A stretch of 64,000 nucleotides of DNA from an uncultured Planctomycetota bacterium (GTDB taxonomy: Bacteria; Planctomycetota; Planctomycetia; Pirellulales; Lacipirellulaceae), in the NCBI GenBank assembly GCA_963719315.1, contig CAVRBU010000002.1, positions 480,001 through 544,000 of the forward strand, read 5' to 3'. A program made the position numbers and the translations under genes. Below, piece by piece: positions 31,136 to 41,116 of this stretch (positions are counted from its first letter, which is position 1; each line of letters begins with the position of its first letter). The notes under the pieces are model-generated. The model was not told where the DNA came from. It saw nothing but the letters and a program-made list of their open reading frames with translations, and did not search any database.

Positions 31136-32698
31136 TTATTCTGTACCTGACAACTTTCTTTCCCCATCGGGTTGATACGGCGCGAAGCGAAAGACTAGAT
31201 CGTCGTTTGGTGCGACCGCTTTGAATTTGCCCGGATCCGCCGCGCCAACGTTCCATTCCCGCATCTCCCATGGGTCGATCCTATCAACTTTATAGGGGCG
31301 ATTGCCGGTTAATTCGATCGTGCAAGTCTTTCCGCCCGGGCAGTAGAGCAGATAGTATTCTCCCGGCCGGCCCAGGATAAAGCGCCCCTTGTCGTCGCCC
31401 AGCGGTTGGAGTTCGTCAAAGGCCGGGGCTTTGGCCATGAAATCCTTGAGCCACTGAATGCGCTTGGGACTCTCACCGTGCAGCACACCCCCCTTGGCCC
31501 ACCAGAGAATGTCCTCGGGATGCATGTAAGTCTCGCCGTGGCCGACATAGCAACCGCTCATGGTGCCCAGCCAGAATCGCTGCGTCATCTCGCGAGCGGT
31601 AAGGTGTCCCCAGCCTTGGCGAATGTTGCCTTCATATTTGCACTCGTCGTAAATGACCGGCTTCTGATAAAGAGCACGAAAACGCGCGCCGCCAGCCATA
31701 TCGGAAGATTGGATGCTCGCGTGGGTGACCCAGGATTTGGAGTGGTCATACCATTTCCTGCCATTGTGAATACCCCGCAAATGCTGGTACGGATCTTCTT
31801 TTTCCAAAATGGAGAAGAACCGGTCCCAATCCTCCCATTGCTTATTGCCCTTGTGGCCCGCACGCGGTTGGTCGGTCATGAAATCATATTCGTTGGCAAG
31901 CGACCACCAGACATTGCGGAAGGGCGCGAGGCGCGCGATACAATATCGCAGATAGCGGTCGTCCTGCTCGTCACTCATGCTGCCAAACCCCCAGCGATCG
32001 TAAGGATGCCAGAGGATGATGTCCGCCTCGATACCGAGTTTCTGCAGGTCGCGAATCCGTTGTTCGAAATGATGCCAGAACGCCGGGTCAGGTTGATCGA
32101 AATCAAACGCACCGTCCGCCCGCTTCTTGAACGCAAACAAATCCGGCTCGTTTTGGTTATAGGAGTAGCTCTTGGGAAACACGCAGAACCGGATCTTGTT
32201 AAACGGCGAAGCGGCGAGGGTCTTGAGCGTTTGCTCCTGAAGGTCCGACGTTTGATGCACCCAGGCGTAACACGTCGTCCCGAACTGGTGATACGGCGTG
32301 CCGTCGGCATAGCGCAAGTAAAAAGTCTTGAAGACCTTGATCGGACCATGGTTGTCATCGGACGGTTTTGCGGCAGTAAAAGACCCTCGTTTCCCGTTTA
32401 ACTCAGGAACGTTGCTCGTCACCTCATAACTCCACTCGCCGGACTGTGGAGGCATAAAGCGAACTTTGTAACTCCCATATCCGTCGTAAAAGCCAGGAAC
32501 GGTCACCCGCTTGCCAGCTCGGGCAAATTGGGCAGAAAGCTGTGTTTTTAGATAAGGTTGGCCCGATTGCGGGCCGTCAATCGTAACCTCGTAAGTGCCC
32601 CATTGTTCCACCGCCGACGCTCTGACGGCGATGAGTCCGGCAACTAATGCGGCCAGCGTCAATGCTATTACACGGACGATGGATTTGACGGTCTTCAT
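31136..32698 (-). CDS. Secreted DUF5060/DUF4038-type putative glycoside hydrolase
   Basis: Signal peptide; GFYDG..YKVRFMP; GTTCYAW; FNKIRFCVFPK; WWSLANEYD; DECKYEG. Confidence 0.78.
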   Translation of the reverse strand: MKTVKSIVRVIALTLAALVAGLIAVRASAVEQWGTYEVTIDGPQSGQPYLKTQLSAQFARAGKRVTVPGFYDGYGSYKVRFMPPQSGEWSYEVTSNVPELNGKRGSFTAAKPSDDNHGPIKVFKTFYLRYADGTPYHQFGTTCYAWVHQTSDLQEQTLKTLAASPFNKIRFCVFPKSYSYNQNEPDLFAFKKRADGAFDFDQPDPAFWHHFEQRIRDLQKLGIEADIILWHPYDRWGFGSMSDEQDDRYLRYCIARLAPFRNVWWSLANEYDFMTDQPRAGHKGNKQWEDWDRFFSILEKEDPYQHLRGIHNGRKWYDHSKSWVTHASIQSSDMAGGARFRALYQKPVIYDECKYEGNIRQGWGHLTAREMTQRFWLGTMSGCYVGHGETYMHPEDILWWAKGGVLHGESPKRIQWLKDFMAKAPAFDELQPLGDDKGRFILGRPGEYYLLYCPGGKTCTIELTGNRPYKVDRIDPWEMREWNVGAADPGKFKAVAPNDDLVFRFAPYQPDGERKLSGTE

Positions 32699-32869
32699 AG
32701 ATTCTCAATCAGCACGCGCCGGTTTATTCCCACTGCTCCAGTCGCCGACAAGTGGGCTGTGCCGGACGTGTCCAAAAGATTGAACCGGCATTGCCAAGTC
32801 TTGCCGCCAACGCTGGGATTTCAGCGAGCTGCGGAGTCGTGGAGGCGGTAATTACAATTCATTGAAGGT

Positions 32870-33880
32870 TCACCCTCCGATTTGATACATCGCCCGTTCG
32901 GGGCGGACGAATTCGACGGTTCCGATTCCGTGGGCCGGCGCTTTGGCGCGGATGCAGTCGCGGACGAGGTCGGCCAATTCGTCGTCGCTGCCGTCGCTGC
33001 GAAGGATGGCGCGGGCATCCCATTCAGCGGTGGAGAACAGGCAATTTCGCACCTGGCCCTCGGCGGTTAGTCGTAAGCGGTCGCACGCGCTGCAGAACGG
33101 TTGCGACACGGGCTGAATCAGCCCGATCCGGACGCAGCCGTCCGCGTATGCGAAATCGGTTGCGGCTTGGCCGGGGTGGCTGCGGCCGACCGGGCGGAGC
33201 GGTCCGAATTCAGCTTCCAAAATCTCGCGGATTGCTTCGCCGTCGAGCACGTCTGCGGCTTGCCAGTGCTGTTCGGCGTCGAGCGGCATGTATTCGATGA
33301 ATCGCAGTTCGAGGCTGCGGTCGCGGGCGAAGCGGGCGAGGGGGATGATTTCGTCTTCGGTGAGGCCCTGGATGGCGATGGCGTTGAGGCGAATCTGATC
33401 GAAGCCGACCTGCTGGGCAGCGGCAATGCCGGCGAGTACGCGGTCGAGGCCTTCGCGGCGCGAGATCTTCTGAAATGTTTCCTCGCTCAATGTGTCGAGG
33501 CTGATGTTGAGGCGTTGAAGACCGGCGGAGCGTAGCTCTGCCGCTTGGTCGGCGAGCAGGATGCCGTTCGTGGTGAGCGCCAAGTCGTCGATGCCCGGGA
33601 GGTCGGCGAGCATTTTCACCAGGCGGGGCAAATTGGCGCGCACGAGTGGTTCGCCGCCAGTCAGCCGCAGCCGCCGTACGCCCATTTGGGATACGACACT
33701 TACGAACCGCGTGATTTCCTCGAACGTGAGGATTTCATCTCGCGGGCGGAAGCGGACGTTTTCGTTCGGCATGCAGTAGAAGCAGCGAATGTTGCAGCGA
33801 TCGGTAACGCTGATCCGCAGGCTGGTGTGCGTGCGGCCAAGTGTGTCGGTCAGCGGGGATGTGTTGGTGATTGTGGTCAT
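32870..33880 (-). CDS. moaA: GTP 3',8-cyclase
   Basis: RISVTDRCNIRCFYC, LTGGEP, FCSACDRLR, terminal IGG. Confidence 0.96.
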   Translation of the reverse strand: MTTITNTSPLTDTLGRTHTSLRISVTDRCNIRCFYCMPNENVRFRPRDEILTFEEITRFVSVVSQMGVRRLRLTGGEPLVRANLPRLVKMLADLPGIDDLALTTNGILLADQAAELRSAGLQRLNISLDTLSEETFQKISRREGLDRVLAGIAAAQQVGFDQIRLNAIAIQGLTEDEIIPLARFARDRSLELRFIEYMPLDAEQHWQAADVLDGEAIREILEAEFGPLRPVGRSHPGQAATDFAYADGCVRIGLIQPVSQPFCSACDRLRLTAEGQVRNCLFSTAEWDARAILRSDGSDDELADLVRDCIRAKAPAHGIGTVEFVRPERAMYQIGG

Positions 33881-33914
33881 CCGTGTGTCCGCGATCAGCG
33901 GTCGCGGCTTTATG

Positions 33915-34328
33915 TCATATTCCGGGGTGAACCCACTCCGACGTGCCGTCCGCCCATTGTTCGTGTTTCCAGATCGGCACGTCCTTCTTGAGCGAATCGA
34001 TCAGCCACTGGCCTGCGGCGAACGCGTCGCTGCGGTGAGGTGTGCTGACGGCGATCGCCACGCTCGATTCGGTGGGCGGCACCGTGCCGAGGCGATGTTT
34101 AATGATACATTCTAGCACCGGCCAACGTCTGCGGGCCTCGTTTTCCAGCTCGGCGAGTCGGCGTTCTGCCATTTCGAGGTAGGCCTCGTAGCTCAACGCT
34201 ACGGTTTGCCTGCCTTTCGTCAGCTCGCGCGTTGTGCCGAGGAACAGGACAATCGCGCCGGCTTCGGGGTGCCGGGCGCGATCGACGAGCTCCGCGGTGT
34301 CGATGGGCTGGTCGGTGAGTTCGATCAT
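33915..34328 (-). CDS. moaE: Molybdopterin synthase catalytic subunit
   Basis: GAIVLFLGTTR, YEAY, HRLG, PHR, LKKDVPIWKHE. Confidence 0.95.
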   Translation of the reverse strand: MIELTDQPIDTAELVDRARHPEAGAIVLFLGTTRELTKGRQTVALSYEAYLEMAERRLAELENEARRRWPVLECIIKHRLGTVPPTESSVAIAVSTPHRSDAFAAGQWLIDSLKKDVPIWKHEQWADGTSEWVHPGI

Positions 34329-34364
34329 GCTGGCGGGGGGATAAAGATTATCACGCGCGAATAT

Positions 34365-34610
34365 TCAGCCGCCACTTACTGGAGGAATCATTGCGACATC
34401 GGAATTCTCAGTGAGTTGCTCATCGCCGTTGACATATTCGGAACCGATTGCCCACTGCGAGTGTGGCACGATCTTCGTCAGCGCGGGAAGCGATTCGACG
34501 ACGGCCTGCCGCAGGTCAGCGATGGTGGAACCGTTTGGTAAATCCATCGAAAGGGCGTCGCAACCGGCCAGCTCTTTCGCAACCGCGAATAATTTCACAC
34601 GCACAATCAT
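34365..34610 (-). CDS. moaD: Molybdopterin synthase sulfur carrier
   Basis: VKLFA N-terminus; terminal PPVSGG. Confidence 0.93.
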   Translation of the reverse strand: MIVRVKLFAVAKELAGCDALSMDLPNGSTIADLRQAVVESLPALTKIVPHSQWAIGSEYVNGDEQLTENSDVAMIPPVSGG

Positions 34611-37606
34611 GTTACTACCAAACCGGAGCCGCTGGAGCGGACGAGCGTGTCGATTTTGGGCATCAGGCCGTAGGCCAACGCCAGCAATTTGATGGGGTGG
34701 ACGGTCGGCTTCCGAGAGCCCTGCTCCATTTGCATTTTACAGGTGCTGCATTCGGTCGAGCCGATTTGAAACGAGCCATCGCGAACGGTGGAAATCAGTT
34801 CGATGCCCGCCCGCAGACTGGCGCGGTAATTCTTCTGGCTGACGCCCCACAAGCCGGCGATGCCACTGCACCCCTTTTCTAGGCGGCGGACGCGAATGCC
34901 GGGCACGAGCCGCAGCAAGTTTTCTGCCGGGGCGCCGACTCCGAGCGCCCGCAAGTGGCACGGCACATGGTAACCAACGGAAATCCGCTGTGGTTGGAAA
35001 TTCAGCTTCAGCCGGCCACGAAGATGCAATTGCCACAAATAGTGGCAAGCTTCCTGCGTGTGCTGTGCGACGGCGAGGGCGTCTTCGTCGTTGTCGAGCA
35101 GCGTGGGATATTCGTGCGTGAGCGCGAGCACCGCGGAGGGCTCGGTGGCGACGATCGTATAACCTTGCCGGACCGATTCGGCCAGCATAGCAACGTTCTG
35201 GGCGGCGACGGCGCGGGCCGGTTCCAGGACGCCGGCGGCGATCATCGGCATGCCGGCCTGCAATTGATCGTTGCGGACGTATACGGCGACGCCGTTGTGC
35301 CGCATCACGGCGACGAGCGCTTCGCCCAATTGCGTGTCGAAATGGTTGGCGTAGGTATCGACGAAGTACACGATCTTCTCGGCGGAGGTCCGCGGCGGAT
35401 GATGGAGCCGCCGCAGGGCCGCTTGTTGGATGAAACTGCGGCGGGCGAGGCGCGGCAGCTTGCGGGCTTGGGCGATGCCGGTCGCCTTCTCCAGGAGCCA
35501 GCGCGCTTGCGGATTGGAAATCGCCCAATTCGCGATGCCGGGCAAACGACCGGCGAGTGACGCCAACAGGTCGATCCGTGTGAGCAGCCAATCGTGCTGC
35601 GACTGTCCGTTGGTCGCCACATACGCGGCTTTGGCTTCGACCATGAGCTTGGGAATATCGACATTCGCCGGGCACTCCAGCCGGCACATGTGGCAGTGAA
35701 CGCACAGGTCGGCCACTTCCTTGCACACATCCTGCAACAGCGTGTCTTCGGGCAGTTGGCCGGCGAGTAAGCCGCGTACCAGATTCGCTTTGGCCCGCGG
35801 CGACGCTTCCTCGCGCGTGTTCATCCGATTGATCGGGCACATGCGAACTTCGGGCGACGTCGAGCGGCAGGCGCCGCAGCCGTTACACGCGCGGGCCGCC
35901 GCGGCCATGTCGGCTTCGGTCCAAGCGAGTTGGAGTTCGATCGGCCGAAGAGTGAGGCCTTTTTCGGCGGGTGCGGGATCGGTTGCCGGCGCCGGTGCGG
36001 CCGAAAGCCGGTTGCCGGACGGTCGCATGTGCTGCGTGATGCGGGCCGGGGCGATCGGAACTTTCTTGCCCGGATTCAATAGACCGTGGGGATCGAAAAT
36101 CCGTTTCAACTCGCGAAACACGTTGACGAGCGGGCCATACTGCCGGGCCAGAAATGGCGTGCGGCTCAAGCCATCGGCGTGTTCGCCGCTGATCGTGCCA
36201 CGCAAGAGCCACACGCGCTCGTATAGCTCGGCGGCAAGTTCTTCCATCGTGCGGACATCGTCGGCATTCGAGAGATCGAGAAATGGACGAATATGCAACT
36301 GGCCTTGCGCGGCGTGGCCAAAGACCGACGCCGTTACTTGCAACCGCTTGAGCGTGTCTTGCAAATGCCGCAGAAAGATCGGCAGACCCTCCACCGGCAC
36401 TGCGATATCTTCGATACAGGGCGTCGGGCGGCTCGCGCCTTGCGTGCGATACAGCGTCGGCACAAATCGCTGGGCCAGTCCCCAATAAAGCTGGAAATCG
36501 GTTTCGTCTTCGGAGGTAAAGGAAACGGCAGCCAGGCCTGCTTTGATTTGAATCAGGTCTACGAGGTGATCGAACTTCGAATGCAATTCGTCGCGGCTGT
36601 CCGCGTGGAACTCGACGAGCAGCATCGCCTCGGTTTCGCCGGGGATCAACAGCTCGTAGCGAACGTCCGTCTCGCGGGCCAGGCTGAGGTGGCGACGGTC
36701 CATGAGATCGCAAGCGGCGGGGCTGAGCCGCGCGATTTCAAGCGCGGCGTGAGCGGCCTTGTCCAAGCTTTCGAAGAGCAAGAGTACGCAGCCGCGCTGG
36801 GCAGGCAGCGGATCGACTGTAACTGTGGCCTCGGTAATCAGGGCGAGCGTCCCTTCGCTTCCCACGAGCAACCGGGCCAGATCGAGGCGACCGCCAGACA
36901 GCACATCATCCAAACGATATCCGCTGCGATTCACGGCGCTGAGCGGGCAGCGATCCTCGATCGTGCGCTTGTGACGCTCGATGAGGCCGGCCACCGATTG
37001 CACGAGGTGCTGCAGTTGGTCATCGTCGCCGGTGGAAAGCGTCTCGCCGTTGTTCGTTGGGGCGATTGGGTGGCGGCCGGCGCGGTGGACGGTTCCGTCG
37101 GCCAACACGATTTGCAATTCCTCGACGTGCCGGCGAGCCGAGCCGTATCGCGGCCAGTGGCTGCCGCCGGAGTCGATCGCGATGACGCTGCCCATAGTCG
37201 TCACGCTGCGCATCGCCGGATCGGGGCCAAACAGCCTGCCGGTGCGGCCCAAATAACGATTCAGCGATTCGTGTACGAGACCGGGCTGAACTCGAACACG
37301 GCTGCCCTCGTCGGCCACGACGCGGCGAAAGTACCGTGAGAAGTCCATCACGAGACCGCGCCCGAGCGACTCGCCGGCCAAACCGGAACCGGCGCCCCGG
37401 GCATGTATTGAGAACTGGTTGTCCGCGGCGTAGCGCACCGTGGCGACGACATCGGCTACGCTGCGGGGCCGCACGACGCCCAGCGGCCGGAGCTCGTAGA
37501 TGCTGGCATCGCTCGCGTAGAGCTGAGTGAATACGTCGTCGCAGCGGACTTCGCCTTGCAGCAGACCGCGAAGATCTTCCTCGATTCGCTGCTGATCTGT
37601 ATCCAT
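34607..37606 (-). CDS. FAD-binding and (Fe-S)-binding oxidoreductase (GlcD/GlcF-like fusion, YdiJ-type)
   Basis: RGAGSGLAG, GSEGTL, SGEHADG, CNGCGAC, CVHCHMCRLECP, CCG-type C-terminus. Confidence 0.9.
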   Translation of the reverse strand: MDTDQQRIEEDLRGLLQGEVRCDDVFTQLYASDASIYELRPLGVVRPRSVADVVATVRYAADNQFSIHARGAGSGLAGESLGRGLVMDFSRYFRRVVADEGSRVRVQPGLVHESLNRYLGRTGRLFGPDPAMRSVTTMGSVIAIDSGGSHWPRYGSARRHVEELQIVLADGTVHRAGRHPIAPTNNGETLSTGDDDQLQHLVQSVAGLIERHKRTIEDRCPLSAVNRSGYRLDDVLSGGRLDLARLLVGSEGTLALITEATVTVDPLPAQRGCVLLLFESLDKAAHAALEIARLSPAACDLMDRRHLSLARETDVRYELLIPGETEAMLLVEFHADSRDELHSKFDHLVDLIQIKAGLAAVSFTSEDETDFQLYWGLAQRFVPTLYRTQGASRPTPCIEDIAVPVEGLPIFLRHLQDTLKRLQVTASVFGHAAQGQLHIRPFLDLSNADDVRTMEELAAELYERVWLLRGTISGEHADGLSRTPFLARQYGPLVNVFRELKRIFDPHGLLNPGKKVPIAPARITQHMRPSGNRLSAAPAPATDPAPAEKGLTLRPIELQLAWTEADMAAAARACNGCGACRSTSPEVRMCPINRMNTREEASPRAKANLVRGLLAGQLPEDTLLQDVCKEVADLCVHCHMCRLECPANVDIPKLMVEAKAAYVATNGQSQHDWLLTRIDLLASLAGRLPGIANWAISNPQARWLLEKATGIAQARKLPRLARRSFIQQAALRRLHHPPRTSAEKIVYFVDTYANHFDTQLGEALVAVMRHNGVAVYVRNDQLQAGMPMIAAGVLEPARAVAAQNVAMLAESVRQGYTIVATEPSAVLALTHEYPTLLDNDEDALAVAQHTQEACHYLWQLHLRGRLKLNFQPQRISVGYHVPCHLRALGVGAPAENLLRLVPGIRVRRLEKGCSGIAGLWGVSQKNYRASLRAGIELISTVRDGSFQIGSTECSTCKMQMEQGSRKPTVHPIKLLALAYGLMPKIDTLVRSSGSGLVVT

Positions 37607-37615
37607 GAACGATGA

Positions 37616-37689
37616 GATTGCGGGTTGCGAATTTCGGATTTCAGATTGGAGGATATCAATCCGCAATCCGCGATCCGCAATCCGCAATC
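37616..37689. repeat. Inverted pair of heptamer arrays (GCGGATT / AATCCGC)
   Basis: gattgcgggttgcgaatttcggatttcagattg ... caatccgcaatccgcgatccgcaatccgcaatc. Confidence 0.85.
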
Positions 37690-37708
37690 AAAACTGGAAG
37701 AGCGATGG

Positions 37709-38191
37709 TCATGTGATTTGTGCCGGCTCGACAAGCCGTTCCTTCATGCGGGCCGCCATTTGCCGGTAGCGTTCGTGCGTATCGAGGTCGAAGCCGCCGT
37801 GGATTTCGATTTCTTCGAAGCCGCGATACTGTGCCCCACAGCGATAACACGTGAGCGATTCGCCCATCACGATGTACAGCACGAGGTCCACGAGCGCCGT
37901 GGCAAACAAGATCGCGAACGTCCAAAACACCCGATAGTTGGCCCAGGCGATGCTGCTGCCGACGAAGCCCAGGACAACCAGTGCCACGCCAAGCCGCTGC
38001 GGGAAATCTTTGCGGGCATATAGATCAATGCTGGGGCATACCAGGCACCGCTGCAGGCGCTTGCCGTTGATGGCTTTTGGCGGAATAGCGATTTGGTGGT
38101 GACAATGCGGGCAGTCGAGCGTGGCAGACGCGGCCGAGATTTGTTCTCGAGCAGCTTGCTGACAGGCCGGGCAATGGTACGCGACGTTCAT
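37709..38191 (-). CDS. Multi-CxxC zinc-ribbon membrane protein
   Basis: CPAC, CPHC, CLVC, two TM helices, CYRC. Confidence 0.78.
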   Translation of the reverse strand: MNVAYHCPACQQAAREQISAASATLDCPHCHHQIAIPPKAINGKRLQRCLVCPSIDLYARKDFPQRLGVALVVLGFVGSSIAWANYRVFWTFAILFATALVDLVLYIVMGESLTCYRCGAQYRGFEEIEIHGGFDLDTHERYRQMAARMKERLVEPAQIT

Positions 38192-38253
38192 GGAATTGGA
38201 GCTAAGCCGCAAGCGGCGGAGTGAGCAAATGAGGGCCGTTGGACAACGGTTAA

Positions 38254-38985
38254 TTATAAGGGAAACGCGGACTCGGCCGACAGTAGCAGGCCCGTCAATT
38301 CGCCGATGAATACACCGATTACGGCGACGTAGAGGATGCCGGTGGCGCTCTGCGTATTGGGGATTTTGAGAGTTTGCCACGCCATCCAGAGGAGACCAAG
38401 GACACCAAGCAAGCCGAACGACCAACGCAGCACGACGAATAGCAGCCAACCCAGATGCAAATCAGGTCGGACACCGACTTCGGCGACCAGCCCCGCCCCG
38501 ACGACGAGCATTTGGGCGACTACGGCGATCGCGGCCACAACCAGCAATCGCCGAAGCGGTCCAAGCTCCATTCCGGGCGCGTTGAGATACCAGTGGCCCA
38601 GGAGCATCGCGGCGAAGACGACGCCGAGAACGAGACCAGATGTGACCAGCGCCGTGGCGTGCACCCAGTCCATCGTCGTCGCCCCGAGCCAGGCAGCCGC
38701 CAGCGAGCAACCTGCTACAGTCACGATGAGCGCCATTCCCAGCCACGTAGCCTCATACAGCCAGACGGCAGCAGCGATGAAGCTGAGCACGGCCGCTGAG
38801 GTCGAAAACACGGCGGCCGTCATATGCGATTGAGCCAGTACCAGTGCCGCGAGCGTCGTCAGTCCTAGCGTCACATACAGGTGATTTCGATAGAAACCGC
38901 TAAATACTTTTTGCGGCGACGTGATCGCCATGCCGACGGCGAGACCGAAGGCGAGGCGAAGGAGGAATTGGGCGAGGATCTCCAT
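38254..38985 (-). CDS. Polytopic membrane protein
   Basis: About eight hydrophobic segments; MLLGHWYL and TQSATGILY motifs. Confidence 0.8.
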   Translation of the reverse strand: MEILAQFLLRLAFGLAVGMAITSPQKVFSGFYRNHLYVTLGLTTLAALVLAQSHMTAAVFSTSAAVLSFIAAAVWLYEATWLGMALIVTVAGCSLAAAWLGATTMDWVHATALVTSGLVLGVVFAAMLLGHWYLNAPGMELGPLRRLLVVAAIAVVAQMLVVGAGLVAEVGVRPDLHLGWLLFVVLRWSFGLLGVLGLLWMAWQTLKIPNTQSATGILYVAVIGVFIGELTGLLLSAESAFPL

Positions 38986-38991
38986 GAATTC

Positions 38992-39087
38992 AGACAAGGA
39001 GACAAGCAGAGGGGGAGACAAGGAGATTTGTCGGCAACGCTTCCCCTGGGTTTCTCCTTGTATCCTTGACTTCCCGTCTCCTTGTCT
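38992..39087. repeat. Second copy of the GACAAGGA inverted-array element
   Basis: agacaaggagacaagcagagggggagacaaggag is nearly identical to 26604-26638. Confidence 0.88.
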
Positions 39088-39748
39088 ATCTTCGGTCGCC
39101 GTAGATCAGCGTCATCACTTCGGAGCGGCTCGAAAGGTTTGCGCGGAACGTGCCCTTCATCGCCGACGTGACGCAGATGCTGCCCGGCTTCCGCACGCCG
39201 CGAATCGTCATGCAGGAGTGCGTCGCCTCGATCACCACGGCCACGCCCTTTACGTCGAGCTCATCGATCAGCAAGTTGGCGATTTCCTCGGTCATCCGCT
39301 CTTGCACCTGTGGGCGGTGCGAGACGCTTTCCACGACTCGAGCCAGCTTGCTGAGGCCAACGACTTTGCCGTTGGGAATGTAGCCGATGTGGGCCACGCC
39401 GGTGAACGGGAGCAGATGATGCTCGCACATGCTGTTGAAGCTGATGTCCCGGACGAGCACCATCTCATCATACTTCTCGGAGAAGAACTTACGGAGGTGG
39501 AGTCGCGGCTCATCGTGTAGACCGGAGAACAACTCGGCGTACATTCGGGCAACGCGGGCAGGCGTTTCCTGCAAACCCTCGCGGTTCGGGTCCTCACCCA
39601 CGGCGGCCAGAATCTCGCGGACGGCGCGCTCGATCCTCGGTAGGTCGACTTGCGGCATCTGCGGCGCGCCGTTGCTCTCGGAAAGCTCGCCGGTAAGGCT
39701 GCCAAGATCGCTTGACCGGTCCGTAATTTGATTAGGCGATTTTGGCAT
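39086..39748 (-). CDS. folE: GTP cyclohydrolase I
   Basis: [37 protein letters not shown]. Confidence 0.97.
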   Translation of the reverse strand: MPKSPNQITDRSSDLGSLTGELSESNGAPQMPQVDLPRIERAVREILAAVGEDPNREGLQETPARVARMYAELFSGLHDEPRLHLRKFFSEKYDEMVLVRDISFNSMCEHHLLPFTGVAHIGYIPNGKVVGLSKLARVVESVSHRPQVQERMTEEIANLLIDELDVKGVAVVIEATHSCMTIRGVRKPGSICVTSAMKGTFRANLSSRSEVMTLIYGDRR

Positions 39749-39842
39749 CGAACCATGAACGCAACCTGGGAACCGTCGGCTGCGACAGTAAAAGTACGTG
39801 CGCCGAAAACATCAGTTAACGCGAAATATGCTGCAAGGGACC

Positions 39843-39891
39843 GGCACTGGCGTAGCCAGTGGCACCCGGTGGTGGGCGATGCCCACCCTAC
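39843..39891. repeat. Two adjacent REP-like palindromes
   Basis: ggcactggcgtagccagtggcaccc (related copies 10801-10826 and 60462-60476) and ggtgggcgatgcccaccCTAC. Confidence 0.65.
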
Positions 39892-39925
39892 AAAAAATCA
39901 CTGCTTCAGAGCGAGAGGTCTACAC

Positions 39926-40642
39926 TCAATTGTCGCTGAAAGTTGGCGGGAAGACGAGTGGTGACGATGGTGATTTTCTGGACGGCGCGGTCGCGAGCTT
40001 TTTGACTTCGGCTAGCAAGATCTCGGCTCGACTCCGCACGCAACACTCGGCCAGCAGTTGCAGTTTCGTTTCCGGGCCGAGCGGCAGAGCATAGGCTGCC
40101 AGGTCGGTGAGCAGCCCCAGCGGCAGTTGACTGGAGAGCATGTTCTCCAACTGTTCGGGCAACTCGCAGGCACACGGCAGGTGGCTGCGAAACGCCGTCA
40201 GTAGCTCTTCCTGCACTCGCTTGCGGTCACAGGCGGAGTCGAAATCGTAGCAATCCTCGACGAGCTCCACGCGTGCCTGGCGGAACGAGCGGAGTGGGTC
40301 GAGCTCCTTAACGATCTGCACCCGCTGCACGCCGAGCAGCAACACGTTGTAGCGGCCATCTTCCAGACGGTGATGCGCGACCACTTTGCCCAGGCAGGCG
40401 TAATCGGAAATTGGCGGCCGGCTGTCGTAGTCGGTCTCCCAACCCGGTTCGAGCACGGCCATTGTGATCAGTTGATCGCCGGTGAGCGCGTCTTCCAGCA
40501 TTTCCCGATACCGCTCTTCGTAAATGTGCAGCGGTTGCATCACATGCGGGTAGAGCACCAAGTTGGGCAGCGGGAACAGTCGGACCAGGCCGGAAAACGT
40601 GCTGGCGTCGAAATCGAGCTCGGTGGCTTCCCAAGGTTTCAT
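39926..40642 (-). CDS. Stand-alone Lon N-terminal substrate-binding domain protein
   Basis: LFPLPNLVLYP..PLHIYEERYREML, DGRYNVLLLG. Confidence 0.88.
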   Translation of the reverse strand: MKPWEATELDFDASTFSGLVRLFPLPNLVLYPHVMQPLHIYEERYREMLEDALTGDQLITMAVLEPGWETDYDSRPPISDYACLGKVVAHHRLEDGRYNVLLLGVQRVQIVKELDPLRSFRQARVELVEDCYDFDSACDRKRVQEELLTAFRSHLPCACELPEQLENMLSSQLPLGLLTDLAAYALPLGPETKLQLLAECCVRSRAEILLAEVKKLATAPSRKSPSSPLVFPPTFSDN

Positions 40643-40649
40643 CGGATGA

Positions 40650-41069
40650 TTACCTCTCAATTTCGATCTGCGGCAATTCGACGGGCGGATCGAGCCAGAT
40701 TTCGGGGATGAGCTCGGGATTCAACTCAATCTGCGGAAATTGTTCATTCGTGGCCGCGACTTCGGCGAAACAGGCGTCGAACTCGGCCAGGAACTTGTCT
40801 ACATTCATCCCGACGCGCATCGGCCGGTATTGCTCCAAATAGCCGCGACTGCTGCCGTAAACCTTTCGGGCGCCGCGAATGTTGCCGTTGCCGAAATGGT
40901 GCAAGGCCACCGCAGCCTGAATTAACCCCTTATAAAACAGCCGCAATTCGCCGCTGTAACTCTTCCACAAATCCTCCCACACTTCGTGGGCCTCGAAAAA
41001 CTCGCAGGCATTGAAATATGCAATGCCCTGTAAATAAAGCGGATCGTACTCGTCCGCGGTGGTATCCAT
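40650..41069 (-). CDS. DUF309 domain protein
   Basis: FN..EFFEAHEVWEDLW, GLIQAAVALHH. Confidence 0.88.
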   Translation of the reverse strand: MDTTADEYDPLYLQGIAYFNACEFFEAHEVWEDLWKSYSGELRLFYKGLIQAAVALHHFGNGNIRGARKVYGSSRGYLEQYRPMRVGMNVDKFLAEFDACFAEVAATNEQFPQIELNPELIPEIWLDPPVELPQIEIER

Positions 41070-41116
41070 GGAACCTGCTCACGCGAGCACAACACGGCCG
41101 TGCCCGTGTGAAAAAC

